A stretch of 64,000 bases of DNA from Eledone cirrhosa (GCA_964016885.1 OZ024765.1:7254001-7318000), one strand, 5' to 3'; positions 38,319 through 51,672 are shown, counted from the first letter of the stretch. Translations and numbers: made by a program. Notes: generated by a model from the letters alone, not told the origin.

Positions 38319-38708
38319 AGTTTTAATATAGATGAGATTCTACAGGACTAGAACTGTTTCATTCATTAGAAATCATCAGGAATCTGGGTATCAAAAAATA
38401 AAAATGGTATTTATAGGTCTCTACAAGTGGTAGGAGAGGGTGGGGAGTGGGATGGGTGTAGGTCATTGGTTGATAGAAAAGGAAATTCATTAAAAGCTAA
38501 TTCTACAAAACTATAGTTTTGTAGAATTAGCTTTTAATGGATTCCCTTTTCTATCAACCAATGACCTACACCCATCCCACTCCCCACCCTCTCCTACCAC
38601 TTGTAGAGACCTATAAATACCATTTTTATTTTTTGATACCCAGATTCCTGATGATTTCTAATGAATGAAACAGTTCTAGTCCTGTAGAATCTCATCTATA
38701 TTAAAACT
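38319..38708. repeat. 390-bp near-perfect palindrome with no spacer, Penelope-like terminal structure
   Basis: 195-bp arms centred at 38513/38514 with 2 mismatches; the unit sits between (TA)n tracts. Confidence 0.92.
38642..38692 (+). ncRNA. Type I hammerhead motif (family B); mirror copy at 38335..38385 on the minus strand
   Basis: AGATTC-CTGATGA-TTTCTAATGAAT-GAAA-CAG ttctagtc CTG-TA-GAATCT; stem II is weak. Confidence 0.65.
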
Positions 38709-38774
38709 TTTATACTCTGCTATGTATTGAGTACCTTACTTACTGTGGTTACCTCCGATTCAACCCGGAATAAC

Positions 38775-38810
<36 letters not shown>

Positions 38811-39239
38811 GATGGTGATCGGAATAGACCTGCTTTTTCTCAAAGTAATTTTTTATTCATTTCTACCACTACTCATTCTCCTCTATTTTCCTATTTCTTC
38901 ATTTAATTTCTCATTCTATTTTCTGATGAAAGACTAGCACCCAAAACGTTAAAGACACTTTTCAAACTATAACAAGCATATAACTAGTATATTTCTTCAT
39001 TGTACTGTGTTGTTTGCTTTGTTATTTCTGATTACTTTTTGCATCACACACATGCATGTATAATCTATTCATCTATATATAGTTTGTACATAGAGAGCAT
39101 GTATGCTCACTCAAACTGCTAGAAACAACAGCCAAATTTCACTCACTCCAAACATAAGCGGTAGGAAACATTTCTCACAAAGATACGGTGAGTCTACCAG
39201 AGAATAACCAAGCTTTCCTCCAGCTCAGAATGGACTTAC

Positions 39240-39286
39240 CTTTACAGTTTCATTATCAACTTTGATCCGCAGGAGTAGTTCACACA
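39240..39286 (-). CDS. RANBP2: RanBP2 exon 5 (VCELLLRIKVDNETVK)
   Basis: tttccag / gtaagt, 47 nt, phase-compatible. Confidence 0.8.
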
Positions 39287-39384
39287 CTGGAAAGGGGTGA
39301 AAGGGAAAGGATGATGAAGAGAAAAGAAAAAACAAAACAATTAATTCTAATCATGATGTGTAACATGTAATATGGGAATCACAA

Positions 39385-39990
39385 AACACGGGTAAACATG
39401 CAAATACACATACATACATACATATACACACACAAACACGTGTGGACATGCAAATCCACACACAAACACGTGTAAATACACATACATATATACACACACA
39501 CAGACACGTGTAGACATGCAAATACACATACATATATATATACACACACAAACACATGTAAATACACATACATATATACACACACAAACACGTGTAAACA
39601 TGCAAATACACATACATACATATACACATACATACATATACACACACAAACACGTGTGGACATGCAAATCCACACACAAACACGTGTAAATACACATACA
39701 TATATACACACACACAGACACGTGTAGACATGCAAATACACATACATACATATATACACACACAAACACATGTAAATACACATACATATATACACACACA
39801 AACACGTGTAGACATACAAATACACATACATATATACACACACAAACGCATGTAAATACACATACATATATACACACACAAACACGTGTAGACATGTAAA
39901 TACACATACATATATACACACACAAACACATGTAAATACACATACATATATACACACACAAACACATGTAAACATGCAAATACACATATA
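39385..39990. repeat. CA/TA-rich compound minisatellite
   Basis: Repeating aaatacacatacatatatacacacacaaacacgtgt-like units. Confidence 0.88.
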
Positions 39991-40053
39991 TATAGTAATG
40001 GTTGCATTCTTTAAGGGTATGTCAATATTTATTTATAAAACTACTCTATATTA

Positions 40054-40118
40054 TATTTTATCTGATGAAAGCACACCATAATTTAACTTGGTGTCCTTGA
40101 AATATGTATAATAAAATA
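40054..40118 (+). ncRNA. Minimal type I hammerhead ribozyme motif (family A)
   Basis: TATTTTAT-CTGATGA-stem II (AAG.ACACCA/TGGTGT.CTT)-GAAA-TATGTA-TA-ATAAAATA; stems I, II and III all pair. Confidence 0.72.
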
Positions 40119-40157
40119 AATATCGTTTTATAAATATAGTTTCCATTTGTTAATATC

Positions 40158-40213
<56 letters not shown>

Positions 40214-40387
40214 AATGCGATGAAATACCCATGATCGTTTGGTAAATCACTGATGAGGGACTCATTTTATAACATGTTATCCATGTGCAACCAGCAGTAT
40301 TCTTCTCACCCATATTTTCATATATATATATATATATATATGTGTGTGTACACACATTCTATGAGAGAGAAATAGTACAGTACATAC

Positions 40388-40431
40388 CTTTAAGTACAAC
40401 ATCCTTTTGGTTATCATTTAACTGTAAAGAC
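40388..40431 (-). CDS. RANBP2: RanBP2 exon 4 (SLQLNDNQKDVVLK)
   Basis: ttttgtag / gtatgt, 44 nt, phase-compatible. Confidence 0.85.
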
Positions 40432-40597
40432 CTACAAAATAATAATAACACAATTAGTCTTTCATATGGTACAAGGACATACATTTATGGGGTGGGGGGG
40501 GGGGTATATAGTCAAGCAGACATCAGTAGCTGACCAGGTCAGAACACAAGTGGACCTGTTGACTCCTTAGATGAGTTGAGGACCTACATCTCTCATA

Positions 40598-41074
40598 CAA
40601 GGGTCAGCTGAAAACTTCATTAGCTGACTATGAAGGAGTGATGCTAGTGCTGTGAAATCTTGCATGCATTCATTTCAACTCTTCTTATTAATAACTGCAG
40701 TGTTTCTTTCCAGGGACTATGTTGAAAGATAAACCTCATTTGGTCATTCCACGAGAGTATCTTGGTCAGCCTATGAAGGAGTGATGCTAGAGCTGTGATA
40801 TCTTGCATGCATTCATTTCAACTCTCCTTCGTAATAACCGGATTGTCTCTTTCCAGGGACTATGTTGAAAAATAAACCTCTTTTGGTCATTCCATGAGAG
40901 TATCTTGGTCAGCCTATGAAGGAGTGATGCTAGAGCTGTGATATCTTGCATGCATTCATTTCAACTCTCCTTCGTAATAACCGGATTGTCTCTTTCCAGG
41001 GACTATGTTGAAAAATAAACCTCATTTGGTCATTCCATGAGAGTATCTTGGTCAGCCTATGAACTTGTCAGATG
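40598..41074 (+). mobile_element. Mariner-derived MITE with its interior triplicated (143-bp period)
   Basis: Ends match the 54629 element; ctatgaa junctions at 40628, 40771, 40914 and 41057. Related copies near 17020-17202, 25630-25900 and 26880-26953. Confidence 0.8.
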
Positions 41075-41220
41075 TAGAATTACTCAAAATAACTTTGCTC
41101 AAAAGGAATGGAACCGACTGAGAATACAATATTCCCTCCCTGGAGAGGACACCAGTCCATCGCAGGGTTAAACGATGATGGCAATGAACAACAACAACAT
41201 CCAAGCGAAGGACTACTTAC

Positions 41221-41334
41221 TTCTCGTAGGAAAGAATGGCCCTTCTGTAATCTTTAAGACTTTCACAAATTTGCCCCATGACTTTGTGAGCCTGGGGTAC
41301 AGCATCTTGCACAGTGAGGAATGTTGTGAGGTAC
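41221..41334 (-). CDS. RANBP2: RanBP2 exon 3 (YLTTFLTVQDAVPQAHKVMGQICE...)
   Basis: Poly-T tract and ccccag acceptor, gtaagt donor, phase 2 to 2; TPR motif. Confidence 0.9.
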
Positions 41335-41352
41335 CTGGGGAAAATAAATGAA

Positions 41353-41394
<42 letters not shown>

Positions 41395-43223
41395 AACATT
41401 TAATATAAACATTGCAGTGTGGTGCAGTTTAACTCTTGATACCAAACCACCCAAAACTGCCCCTAGCTCCATCATACACAGCTGTTTTGAAGGGTATGTG
41501 TATATGTTTATATTTTAGAGAGTCAGGGCCCTATGGTTGAGCTCTTGCAGTTTCGACAGTAATTTCCAGCCTGGAAGTGTTTTATTCAAGAACACAAAAC
41601 ACAACCCAGTTCAGGAGTCAAACTCACAACAATATGATCACAAGTCCAACACCCTTACCAATGGAGCAACATGGAATTAAGTATTTTGCTCAAGAACATA
41701 ACACAACCCAGTCCAGGAATGAAACCCGTGTCATTATGTAACATTAACCAGGAGTAGAGCCTGAGAAAAACAGTTGGATAACATCCATGAGCTCAACTGG
41801 TCTCACTTGGGGATCCAGCTGGCTCAATTGGAAACAGTTGACTCAGAGGAAGGAGTGTTTGAGGACTCTGCCTCCATGACTTTCTCAAGAATAAGTGAGC
41901 AAAGAAAAAGGGTTTATAATGAGGTTACTAAATCCACCCCCAACCTTCATTTAAAAAAGTGTCTATATATTTATCTAAAAGCCAACCACTCCTAAGAGTA
42001 CAGGACCTACTGGAAGGGGTATTTGACAACTCTGCCCCCACGATCCTCTCAGGAATAAGTGGGCAATGAAGAAGAGTTTATAATGAGAAGAGTTTATAAT
42101 GGGACGAGCTGATAAATTCCGACCTCACACGCTTACACCTCTCCAAGACAATGTCACTGGACCGAGACCTTTGGCGGTACTCAGTAATAGAGAAGACCCG
42201 CCTTACCTAAATACAAAGTAAAAACCTACTACGGTCAGTAGGCATCTCTATCAAAACACCCACCCGTCCCACCACCTCCACCCCATCCACACCGCCCCTT
42301 TCAATGTAAAGTTATGTTGGTCCCACAACATCCAGGCCGAAACAAATGAGATCGTGTAGGTGTCACGACAAAAAAACACAGTCCACGCTGTAAATGTGGC
42401 CGTGTAGGCAACACGGTAAAAACCTCCCAGCCCCACACTGTAAATGTGGTTGGTGTTAGGAAGGGCATCCAGCTGTAGAAAACCCCGCCAGACAGTCCAC
42501 GCTGTAATGTGGCCGTGTAGGCAACACGGTAAAAACCTCCCAGCCCCACACTGTAAATGTGGTTGGTGTTAGGAAGGGCATCCAGCTGTAGAAAACCCCG
42601 CCAGACAGTCCACGCTGTAATGTGGCCGTGTAGGCAACACGGTAAAAACCTCCCAGCCCCACACTGTAAATGTGGTTGGTGTTAGGAAGGGCATCCAACT
42701 GTAGAAAACCCGCCAGACAGTCCTATGCGAGCAAGACAACCACTCTTGCCTCAAGTGGGAAAACCCCCGTCCAAACCCATGCAAGCGTGGAACACGGACG
42801 CTAAACCTGATGATGATGATGATGATGATGAAGGCTGTATTACTAAACCCCTCCAAATCCTTATTTAACCCTTTAGCATTTACATTATTCTATATCTACT
42901 ATTGTATTTTCACAGTAAAGGCTTTACCTTACATAATTATCTCACGTAATATTGAATCTACGAGATTTTGATGTCATTTATTTTGAGAACAATACTTTAA
43001 TGTAGGCATGAGCAGCCAGTTACAGCCGGTTTGAACAGAAAGATGTGAGAGAGTTCTGGACGGATACGGCTGGTTTAAATAAGAGTTTACATATTTATCT
43101 TGAAGCCAACCACTCATAGAAGTACAATAAATCTGAATAGAAAAAGGCTGTCTGTGACAATGAACCAAGCCTGTGTCAACATGGAAAACAGAAATAAAAA
43201 TGGTGATGAAGATGATATTTTAC

Positions 43224-43291
43224 CTGCGAGCAATTTCATATTCTCCAACCTGTTGGTATAATTTTGAGATTTGGTACCCTTTGCTATTTCT
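43224..43291 (-). CDS. RANBP2: RanBP2 exon 2 (RNSKGYQISKLYQQVGEYEIAR)
   Basis: ttctttcag acceptor, gtaaaa donor, 68 nt; TPR-like helix. Confidence 0.88.
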
Positions 43292-45634
43292 CTGAAAGAA
43301 TTGAAAACAAATAATATATTAAATAAAAATTAGAAAATAAAAAGAATAAAATTTCATATATTAGATCAGGTAGGCAGCAAATTGGCAAAGTCATTAGAAC
43401 ATCAGATAAAATGTTTTGTGGTATTCATTTCAAATCCGGCCATGGTCAACTGTACGATAAAAAAAATAAAAAAAAAAAAAAAAAATACAAAGGTACCAGT
43501 CTAGGACTGGAGTCGATTCTTCCGCTATATCTCTTTCTCACTGTAATTTGCTGGGGTCAGCTTTGCCTTTCATCCTTTCGAAAACACTGGGATCAATTAT
43601 TCCTCTATATCTTTTTCTCACTATCTAACCTTCTCTGGAAGAAATCTGTTGTATTCAGGCCAGTCAAGTTTAAAAATGCCCTAGAAATGCTGTATGTCAC
43701 CATGAATTACAGGACTTTCATATACTAGATCAGACATAAAGGAAGAGATGTAACCACAGTCAATCGGTATAAATAAGGAGGTTAAAAATTCAGGTAAAAT
43801 ACCCCTTTGGATTGGTATGTGTGTATGTATGTGTATGTATGTGCATGTAGCTGACCTCGGCGAAAATTTGAACTCAGAACGTAAATAGCCAAAACGAAGC
43901 CCATTAGAAATATTTTGGTAAATTATTTATAGAACACTGTTCGTTGATAACACATGAAAAAAAAAAATGTTGAGAAAACTCAAAAGAGGGTGGATCCGAG
44001 GGTGGTTACCCACTCCACTTCGATTTTTTTTTTTTTTTTTTTTTTCCCCCTCCAAGAAAATGGATTTCGAGCATCTTGAAATAACCTTCAAGATGCTCAA
44101 AACTGATTAGTTGATCGCACACAAAGAAACAGAGGGAAAATGTTTCCACATTGAAACCGAAGGGGGTGTTGTCTATTAACACACCATATTTTTTTCCAGG
44201 GTTGGAGTTGAGCCCGGGGCACTTCATGGTTGGGTGAGGGGGGCTCGTACAAAAAAAAAAAAAAAAAAAATGAGTATACAGAGCAAACTCCCCAATTTTA
44301 CATATCAAAGTTAGCTTGGTGCAAGTAATTGGGATAGAAAAGTTATATATACAGAAATTAAATTTTAAAATTCTAGCCATCCGAAAACTAAAAAGCCCAA
44401 CTGAGGACAGAGATAATTTGTTACGGTTGTCGCTGGTGGGGGCCCCCCACTGTAAGGGGGCTCGGGGGAATTGTCCCCTTTGTCCCCCCAAATAAATCCG
44501 GTCCTGCCACTGCTTCAACAAATTTAGGCTTTTTAAAACTTCCACCGACCGTTAACCAAAACAAAACAGATCTGATATTTACAAATCTCTTTGCACAGAA
44601 AATTCTAAATACAAATACCACGTTTTAATTATTTCTACGGGTTGTTTGGAGGAGAGGAGGGGTTAATCACCTCAGATCAATAATGGTTTAAGGTTTAAAC
44701 ACAAGTCCAACAATTTTCGGATGGGGAGAGGGAGGCGGGGGGGGGGGGGGGGGCGATTATATCGACTCCAGCGCATTACTGGTACTTTATTTTAACGGCA
44801 AAGTTAACGTCGGCGAGATTTGAACTCAAAACGTAAGGAACCGTAACTACACGCCGCAAAACATGCTGTCCGGCGCTCTACCAATTCTGCTAATCCAAAT
44901 CCACCACCCAAACCCGTGATCAATAATAATAAGTGTTTTATTTTTGTAGAGAGTTTTATAATAAATAACGGTAAAATATTTTGTTTAATATATATATATA
45001 TATATAAATGTGCCGAAAATATATATATATAAACGTATAGATGCTAATACCAATTTTTTCCCTTTCTTTTAAGGGTCTTTACCCTATTTTATAAAAAAAA
45101 TGTTGTGGCATCTATGCGTTTGAGCACATAATCCTTTTTGAAATAAGGCATTAAACACCATTACAATTAACGGCGGCACACAGGATGAAAACGTCTTTGC
45201 CGAAAACCGGTTAAAGTCGTGCATATGTAGAATTGGTTGTAAACTAATGTCTATATATGTGTGTGGGTATGTGTGTATGTTTGTGTGTGTATGTGTGTGT
45301 ATGTGTGTATGTGTATATATGTATCTAGGAGACGTGTATTTAAGGGAGGTGGGGACGACGGCACGTGTATGTGCGCGAGGCACGTGTATGCATGTGTGTG
45401 AGGTACGCCTATGTATCTGTGGACGGTGTTGCGTGTATCCTGTGTATGTATAGATAGCCTGTGTCCAGCTACTTTTCCCCGTCCTTAACGGGGATTTTTA
45501 CCCGATTTTCTAAGCCACTATTTATAGCTATGGTCTGCGGTTACCGTTATTTTCTGCGTTTGAGGTTCTTACACTTTCTAAAATCGAATTTCAAATTACT
45601 CAGCGCTTCGAGGATTTGTATGTTTATATATATG

Positions 45635-45697
<63 letters not shown>

Positions 45698-45916
45698 GAA
45701 GGTAGGTAGATGAATAGATTCCCTTGTTGGGGGGAGGGGGGGGGGGGTAACTTCAGTTTTAAAAAAAAGGTGCTCAATACATTGGTAGCGTATAGGCATC
45801 TTTATTATATATATAGAAATGACAGTTACGAGAGTAGAACTGTTTCATTCGAATAAAATCATCAGATCATTCCTGGTGATTTCATACGTGTAAACAGTTC
45901 TAGTCCTGTAGAAGTC

Positions 45917-45961
<45 letters not shown>

Positions 45962-46664
45962 TTAACGCCCGCTTTCCCTGCTAGCAAGGGTTGGATGGCT
46001 CTACACAGACCAACTTGGTACTGAAGCGAGGCTACTGATCTCCCAGGTAGGCCGGGAGGTCTGTTATCTCGCTTACGTATGGCCTTACGTACACAGGACA
46101 GGTTATCAAGTCTTTGACACAATCTAAAGGGTCCCCCAACCCCTTGTTTGGCAAGCTTTCTACGGCTGGATGTCCTTCCTAGCATCAACTACTTTACAGC
46201 GTGTACTGGGTGCTTTTATTGTGTAGGTCACCAGCATAAGAGAAGCTTCCAACCCTCCGTTTATTAAACTTCCTACAACTGGATGCCCTTCCTATCACCA
46301 ACACACACGCACATTGTGTCATGATAAAATGCATTGGGTTGTGCACGCGATCATATGCGGCCAGCTTGGTTGAGCACTAGGTTGGTAGGGGGTGGAAGAT
46401 AGTAATCGAACTGGATGCACCAGGCACCACCGTGGATTAGAAGCCCCCGCTTTGAACCCCCAACCCGGTTTGTCGACGACCCGTGAAACCTTTGCTAGCA
46501 GGGAAATAGGACTGTAAAGGAGAGCATATATATCGGAGATGGTCATGTTGGCCAATAGACACGATTTCACATCAAGAATTTTGCAAAACAAATAAATGTA
46601 CATACATACATGCATGCGGTGCCCCAGCATGACCTCTGCCTGTTGGCTGGAACATGCAATAGAG

Positions 46665-46903
46665 CAGGCATATCAAACTGAGGGTCCCCCGAGGGCTACA
46701 TGGGTTAGATGTGTTGTCTGAGGGCTACATGGGTTAGATGTGTTGTCCGAGGGCCACACATGACTAATTGCGCACATTACAAGTAATAATTTTCATTTTA
46801 TATTACGCTCACGCTGTAAAAACCTTTGCGCGGGCCCCAGGTGTGCCTGTAAAGGGCCGCATGTTTGACATGCCTGTAAAGGGCCGCATGTTTGACATGC
46901 CTG
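46665..46903. mobile_element. hAT (Charlie/Buster-like) MITE, 239 bp
   Basis: TIRs CAGGCATRTCAAAC; 8-bp TSD caaTAgag; right terminus tandemly duplicated (27 bp). Confidence 0.85.
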
Positions 46904-48811
46904 CAATAGAGTAATGTATGTGTGTGAACGGATAATGCGAAATATATTCGGTGAATGGGACGAGATATTTTTAATTTCTTAAGAAATCGATCTATTGCCT
47001 ATAACCAATGACAACGATGTCAATAACATTGGATATAAAAGGGGGTTGCGGGGGGCGAGGGGTTAGTTAAAGATGAAACAAGATGGTGGGGTGTTGATGG
47101 CTGAACTAGAGAATAAACAGAGCAACAAGGGTTGTGGCGGCGGTGATAATTCTAGATGGTGGGTAGAAAGAAAGTGAGCGATAGCGATTATATATGCAAT
47201 GTGTGTGTATATATTATACATACACACACATACATACATTATATATATATATATATAATTCTGAGTTCAAATCCCACCGAGGTTAACTTTGCCTTTCATC
47301 CTTACGGGGTCGATAAAATAAAGTACCAGTAATGCACTGGGTAATTGCTGGCCTTGTGCCAAACGTAGAAACAATTATATATATATATATATATGGCTTA
47401 GTGGTTAGAGCATTGGCCTTGCAATCGAAAGGTTGTGAGTTCAATTCTCAGACCGGGTGATGTGTTACTTCCTTGAGCAAGACACTTTATTTCACATTGC
47501 TCCAGTTTACTCAGCTGTAGAAATGAGATCCCTATCATTCCACTGCAAAGTGGTCGTGGAGGTGCCACGGCAAAAAAGCACCCAGCACTCACTGTAAATG
47601 AGGTTGGTGTTAGGAAGGGCATCCAGCTGTAGAAATCAAGCCAGAATCAGTTCCCGTCCCACCCTTGCAAGCAGGGAAAAAGCGGACGTAAAATGAAATG
47701 AATGAATATATATATATCCACACGCACACACCCACACATATCCAAAGTGAGATAATGCGGCAGTGTATGGGATACAGAGGAGAGTGTGTGTGCGTGCGTG
47801 CGTGCGTGCGTGCGTGCGTGTGTGTGTGTGTGTGTATACTGAGAGAGAGAGAAGTGGATGTCACGGTTAGAGCGACGAACTAGCAACAAGAATCTTTATT
47901 TCTGTTTACTCCGTAATCTAAATATAATCAACACAGCTGAGGTCAATAACCTCAAGAGTATCTACCAGTAATATGCGCGGCATTAAATACCACACATATG
48001 CACGCATTATACGCAAATAACATAGGCCATACTGGAGCACATAGTCATGTCAGGTGAAGGGGGATTAATTGTTGGGTTATCTTTCAGATATTAAAATAAT
48101 AAAACTTAACACATGTATATATACACACACATATGCACATACACACACACATCTACATATACACACACATACATGTACACACACGCACGTGTGCATATAG
48201 CGAACAAAGCAGTAGAGTGAAGTAATGTATTAGTTTAATGCTTGATATAATTGGAAAAGAGTTTACTTTTCAAATACATACATATATAAATATACACACA
48301 CATATATAAATATATACATTCACAGACCAGCACACATCATTTTCGTCTTCGATATACAACAATAGTGTTGGTAAACCAGAACTATAGATATAACGAGAGA
48401 AATCCAGTTGATTCTCTTTTGGAGAATGCTTTCTGTACTTGGTGATAGATAGATATATTTTTTTATTAGCCACAAGGGCGCACAAGAGAAGGGGACAAAA
48501 CAAAGACATGTCGGGGATTTTACATACAGTCGTGTAAAATAATATAAAACAAACAATTATAACAATCGAAATCCCCAATAGGGGGAGGTGCCACAAATGG
48601 GTTGTTTAATACCCCATTGATAGAACAGCCCTCAACTTCAGGAGCGTGTTGTGCAAGTGCTCCTTTCTTCCTTTTGCTCTTCTTCAACCTACAGGTTTAT
48701 ATACAGAGAAGGCCCAATCACTCGGGCCATTTTTGCCACATTCACCCACCTTTGAGTAAATTTACTGGGGTGCAGTGCCTTGGTGATAGAATGATAGATA
48801 GAAATGGTGCC

Positions 48812-49150
48812 TTGGAAAGAAATGAAGCCTCCATTCTTCGATGGATGTGCAATAGCAACATACGCGAATGGCAAAGCATAAATGAACTGTGCAAGAAATT
48901 AGGCATAAAAGGGATCAGATGTGTGCAGGACAGGAGATTGCATTGGTATGGACATGTGATGTGTATGAAGGATGACAGCTGTATAAAAAGGTGCAGAGCG
49001 CTCAAAGTTGATGGTAGCCGTGGAGTAGGCAGACCCAGGAAGACTTGGGATGAGGTAATAAGAGCTGACTTTGCTCAATTACACCTCACTGAGAAAATGA
49101 CAAAGGACCATGACCTCTGGCGCTATGAAGTATTACAGAAGACCCACCCT
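48812..49150 (+). mobile_element. RTE LINE 3' fragment
   Basis: LERNEAS.LRWMC...RRLHWYGHV...GRPRKTWDEVI. Confidence 0.85.
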
Positions 49151-49269
49151 CCATTATTCTCAGGCCGAGGCATATACTCATAAACCTCCCTATATCTACG
49201 TCCCTATTTTACAAAGCATCGTTCCCATCCCTCCCAGATTTCCAACAGTACATAGAAACTTCTGGGTAA

Positions 49270-51010
49270 ACAACATTCTTTGTTTTCTGATTTGGAAAAT
49301 AGACAAATAAGTCTTGTAAACTACCCACCCTGGGGCAACCAACATAGAGTTGACCATGAGAAAAGCATGGCCAACTTAAGTGCAAACCAGTAAATTTCTG
49401 ACTTTCAGCTTTATTGGTAGACATTGAGAAGTAAATTCGCACTAGAATTGTGTTAGTTTGAACTCAAATAGCATGTCCCTTGCTTTGTTTGGAATTCTTG
49501 TAATGAAAATATCTTCCCCAGTGATGATGATAGCTTCAATCACATTAGGTGATAATGTTTTCACAATCAACCTTGTACCATTGCATAATTCAGGAGAATC
49601 TAAATTTCTTAGAAGCATAATTGGGACTCCAACCTTCAGGAAAAGTTTATGTGGAGGAATTCCAGGTGGCTCAAGAGAATTAAGGAACTCTGTTAGGTAG
49701 TTGACAATTTGATTTTCATCAAGGACTGAATCAACTGATTTGTTCTCCTTAATTACTGTTGAATTACTTATTCAATAGCTCATGGTTAATCCTTGCTACT
49801 GTCTCATTCTTTGGAGCAAGAATTGCCCTTTCACTCAACCATTTGTGTGAATTATAATGAATACTTAAGTCTGGAAATACAGTTCTGCAATTCAGTTGGC
49901 AAATCCACCATGTTAGCAATATGAACCAAGTTGATATACCATTCCCATCAATTGGTACTTTCCAATTTTCTAATTGAAAGACTCGGTTTGAAAACAGTTC
50001 TGTATATTGGTCCCTGTGTAATAAAGTTTGCATGTTAGTATTGAAGGAGAAATTCTGTACTTTATTCCATATCTGCAAAGACTTAATGCATGCTTTTATT
50101 TCATCAGCTCTTGTTCCTCTCGGAATGACTGGTAATGTCTGTCTTAAGTCTCCTGATAAAACTAATGTAACTCCTCCCATAGCTGTGTTGTCTCATATCC
50201 TGTAAGGTCTTATCAAATGCTTCCATTGCTCCTCTATGTGTCGTGGTGCATTCATCCCAAATGATCAGGTGGTATTGGTGCAACACTTCTGCTGGACCCG
50301 ATCCTTTGCTTATGTTACAAATTGGACTGTCATTTGTGACCAGGTTTAGAGGAAATTTAAAAGCAGAATTAGCTGTTCATCATCCATTATCATGGGAGAA
50401 GGGTGGCAGTAATGCCAGACGATGCTACAGCAAGTGCAATTCTTTTTTGTTGCTTTACCTTACAAATGTTTTACCTGGGGCATCAAGAAAGAAAATTCCT
50501 CTGACTGACGAATATGCACAGTGTTGTTCTGGAAGATGTTTAAGCTCATGTTCATTCACAAATGCAGCCAACTTTGTGACGTCATAATTTGTCTCTCTTG
50601 AAGTTAAACCCCTAATTTAATGGTTTTTCTTCACAGAACTGAATATTGATACCTGGGTTTGCCTGTTGAACTCCATACTTCAAATCTCCAGCCATGTCCT
50701 TTCGATGTTTCATCCAAAGCTGTAAGGGACTGCCAATTTGGCATATGTTCAGCATAATGGTAAAAAGGTTAGTTTCCTTGGAGAATTTGACACTGATGCC
50801 TTCAATGCAAGGTCCCAATGGACATCATTTTCTAACAAACCTTGTTGATAGCATGCTTCTCTTAAATTTCACAAACATGACCATTTAACTCACCTCAAGT
50901 GTCCAGGGGGCCTGCATCTCGCTTACATATGACCCTGCACTCTGAGTATATTTTATTGGGACAACACCAATAGAGACATTGTGTCTTGTCTTTGACAACT
51001 GAACACTCCT
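49270..51010 (-). pseudogene. Decayed Helitron RepHel, PIF1-like helicase portion
   Basis: FFLDAPG, LIIWDEC..HR.A.EA.DKTLQD, GG..LVLSGD.RQTLPVIPRG, WLSERAILAPKN, FSHGQLYVGC.RVGS across broken frames. Confidence 0.88.
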
Positions 51011-51039
51011 TCCAATATATATATATATATATATATCTC

Positions 51040-51378
51040 ATCATATGTCTGCTTTTCCTTGCTTACAAGGGTGGGTTGGGTCCTATTCAGCACAGCATCT
51101 CTCCACTTGTCAGTCCTTTGTCATCTCCTCCGTAAGCTGAGGTCTGCTTTCACCACCTCCACCCATGTTTTTCGTGGTCTTCTTTACTGGCACTTCTTTA
51201 CCCAGTGGTCATCCTCCATGCGCATCACATGTCCATACCATCGCAGTCTTCTCTCCCGCACACTACAACTTATCCCTCTTATACACAGTTTCTCTCTCAA
51301 CTCATCTATGCTTGGTCGTTCACACACATTGATATTGCACATCCAACGGAACATGCTTGCTTCATTTCTCTCCAGCCG
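51040..51378 (-). mobile_element. RTE LINE 3' fragment
   Basis: RLERNEASM.RWMC...RRLRWYGHV; same family as 9618..10245. Confidence 0.85.
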
Positions 51379-51641
51379 TATATAAACCCATAGAACAAAT
51401 ATACATGATCCCGTATAGGGTGAAAGCAGAAATTCTTTGCTTAACCCTTTAGCATTTAAACCGGCCATATCTGGCCAGAATTCTCTCACCTTTTTCTGTT
51501 TCAACAGGCCACAACAGCCACTAATACTGATATTAAGATATAATTCCCAAAATAAATGATGTCAAAAGATCATTTACTGTGAAAATATAATAGTAAATAT
51601 AGAGTAATGTAAATGGTAAAGGGTTACACTTTAATCTGTAC

Positions 51642-51672
<31 letters not shown>

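Noticed and set aside
39347-40007. C/V/Y/M-rich ORFs here and YIYI ORFs throughout the window
   Set aside because: Translations of (CA)/(TA) microsatellites.
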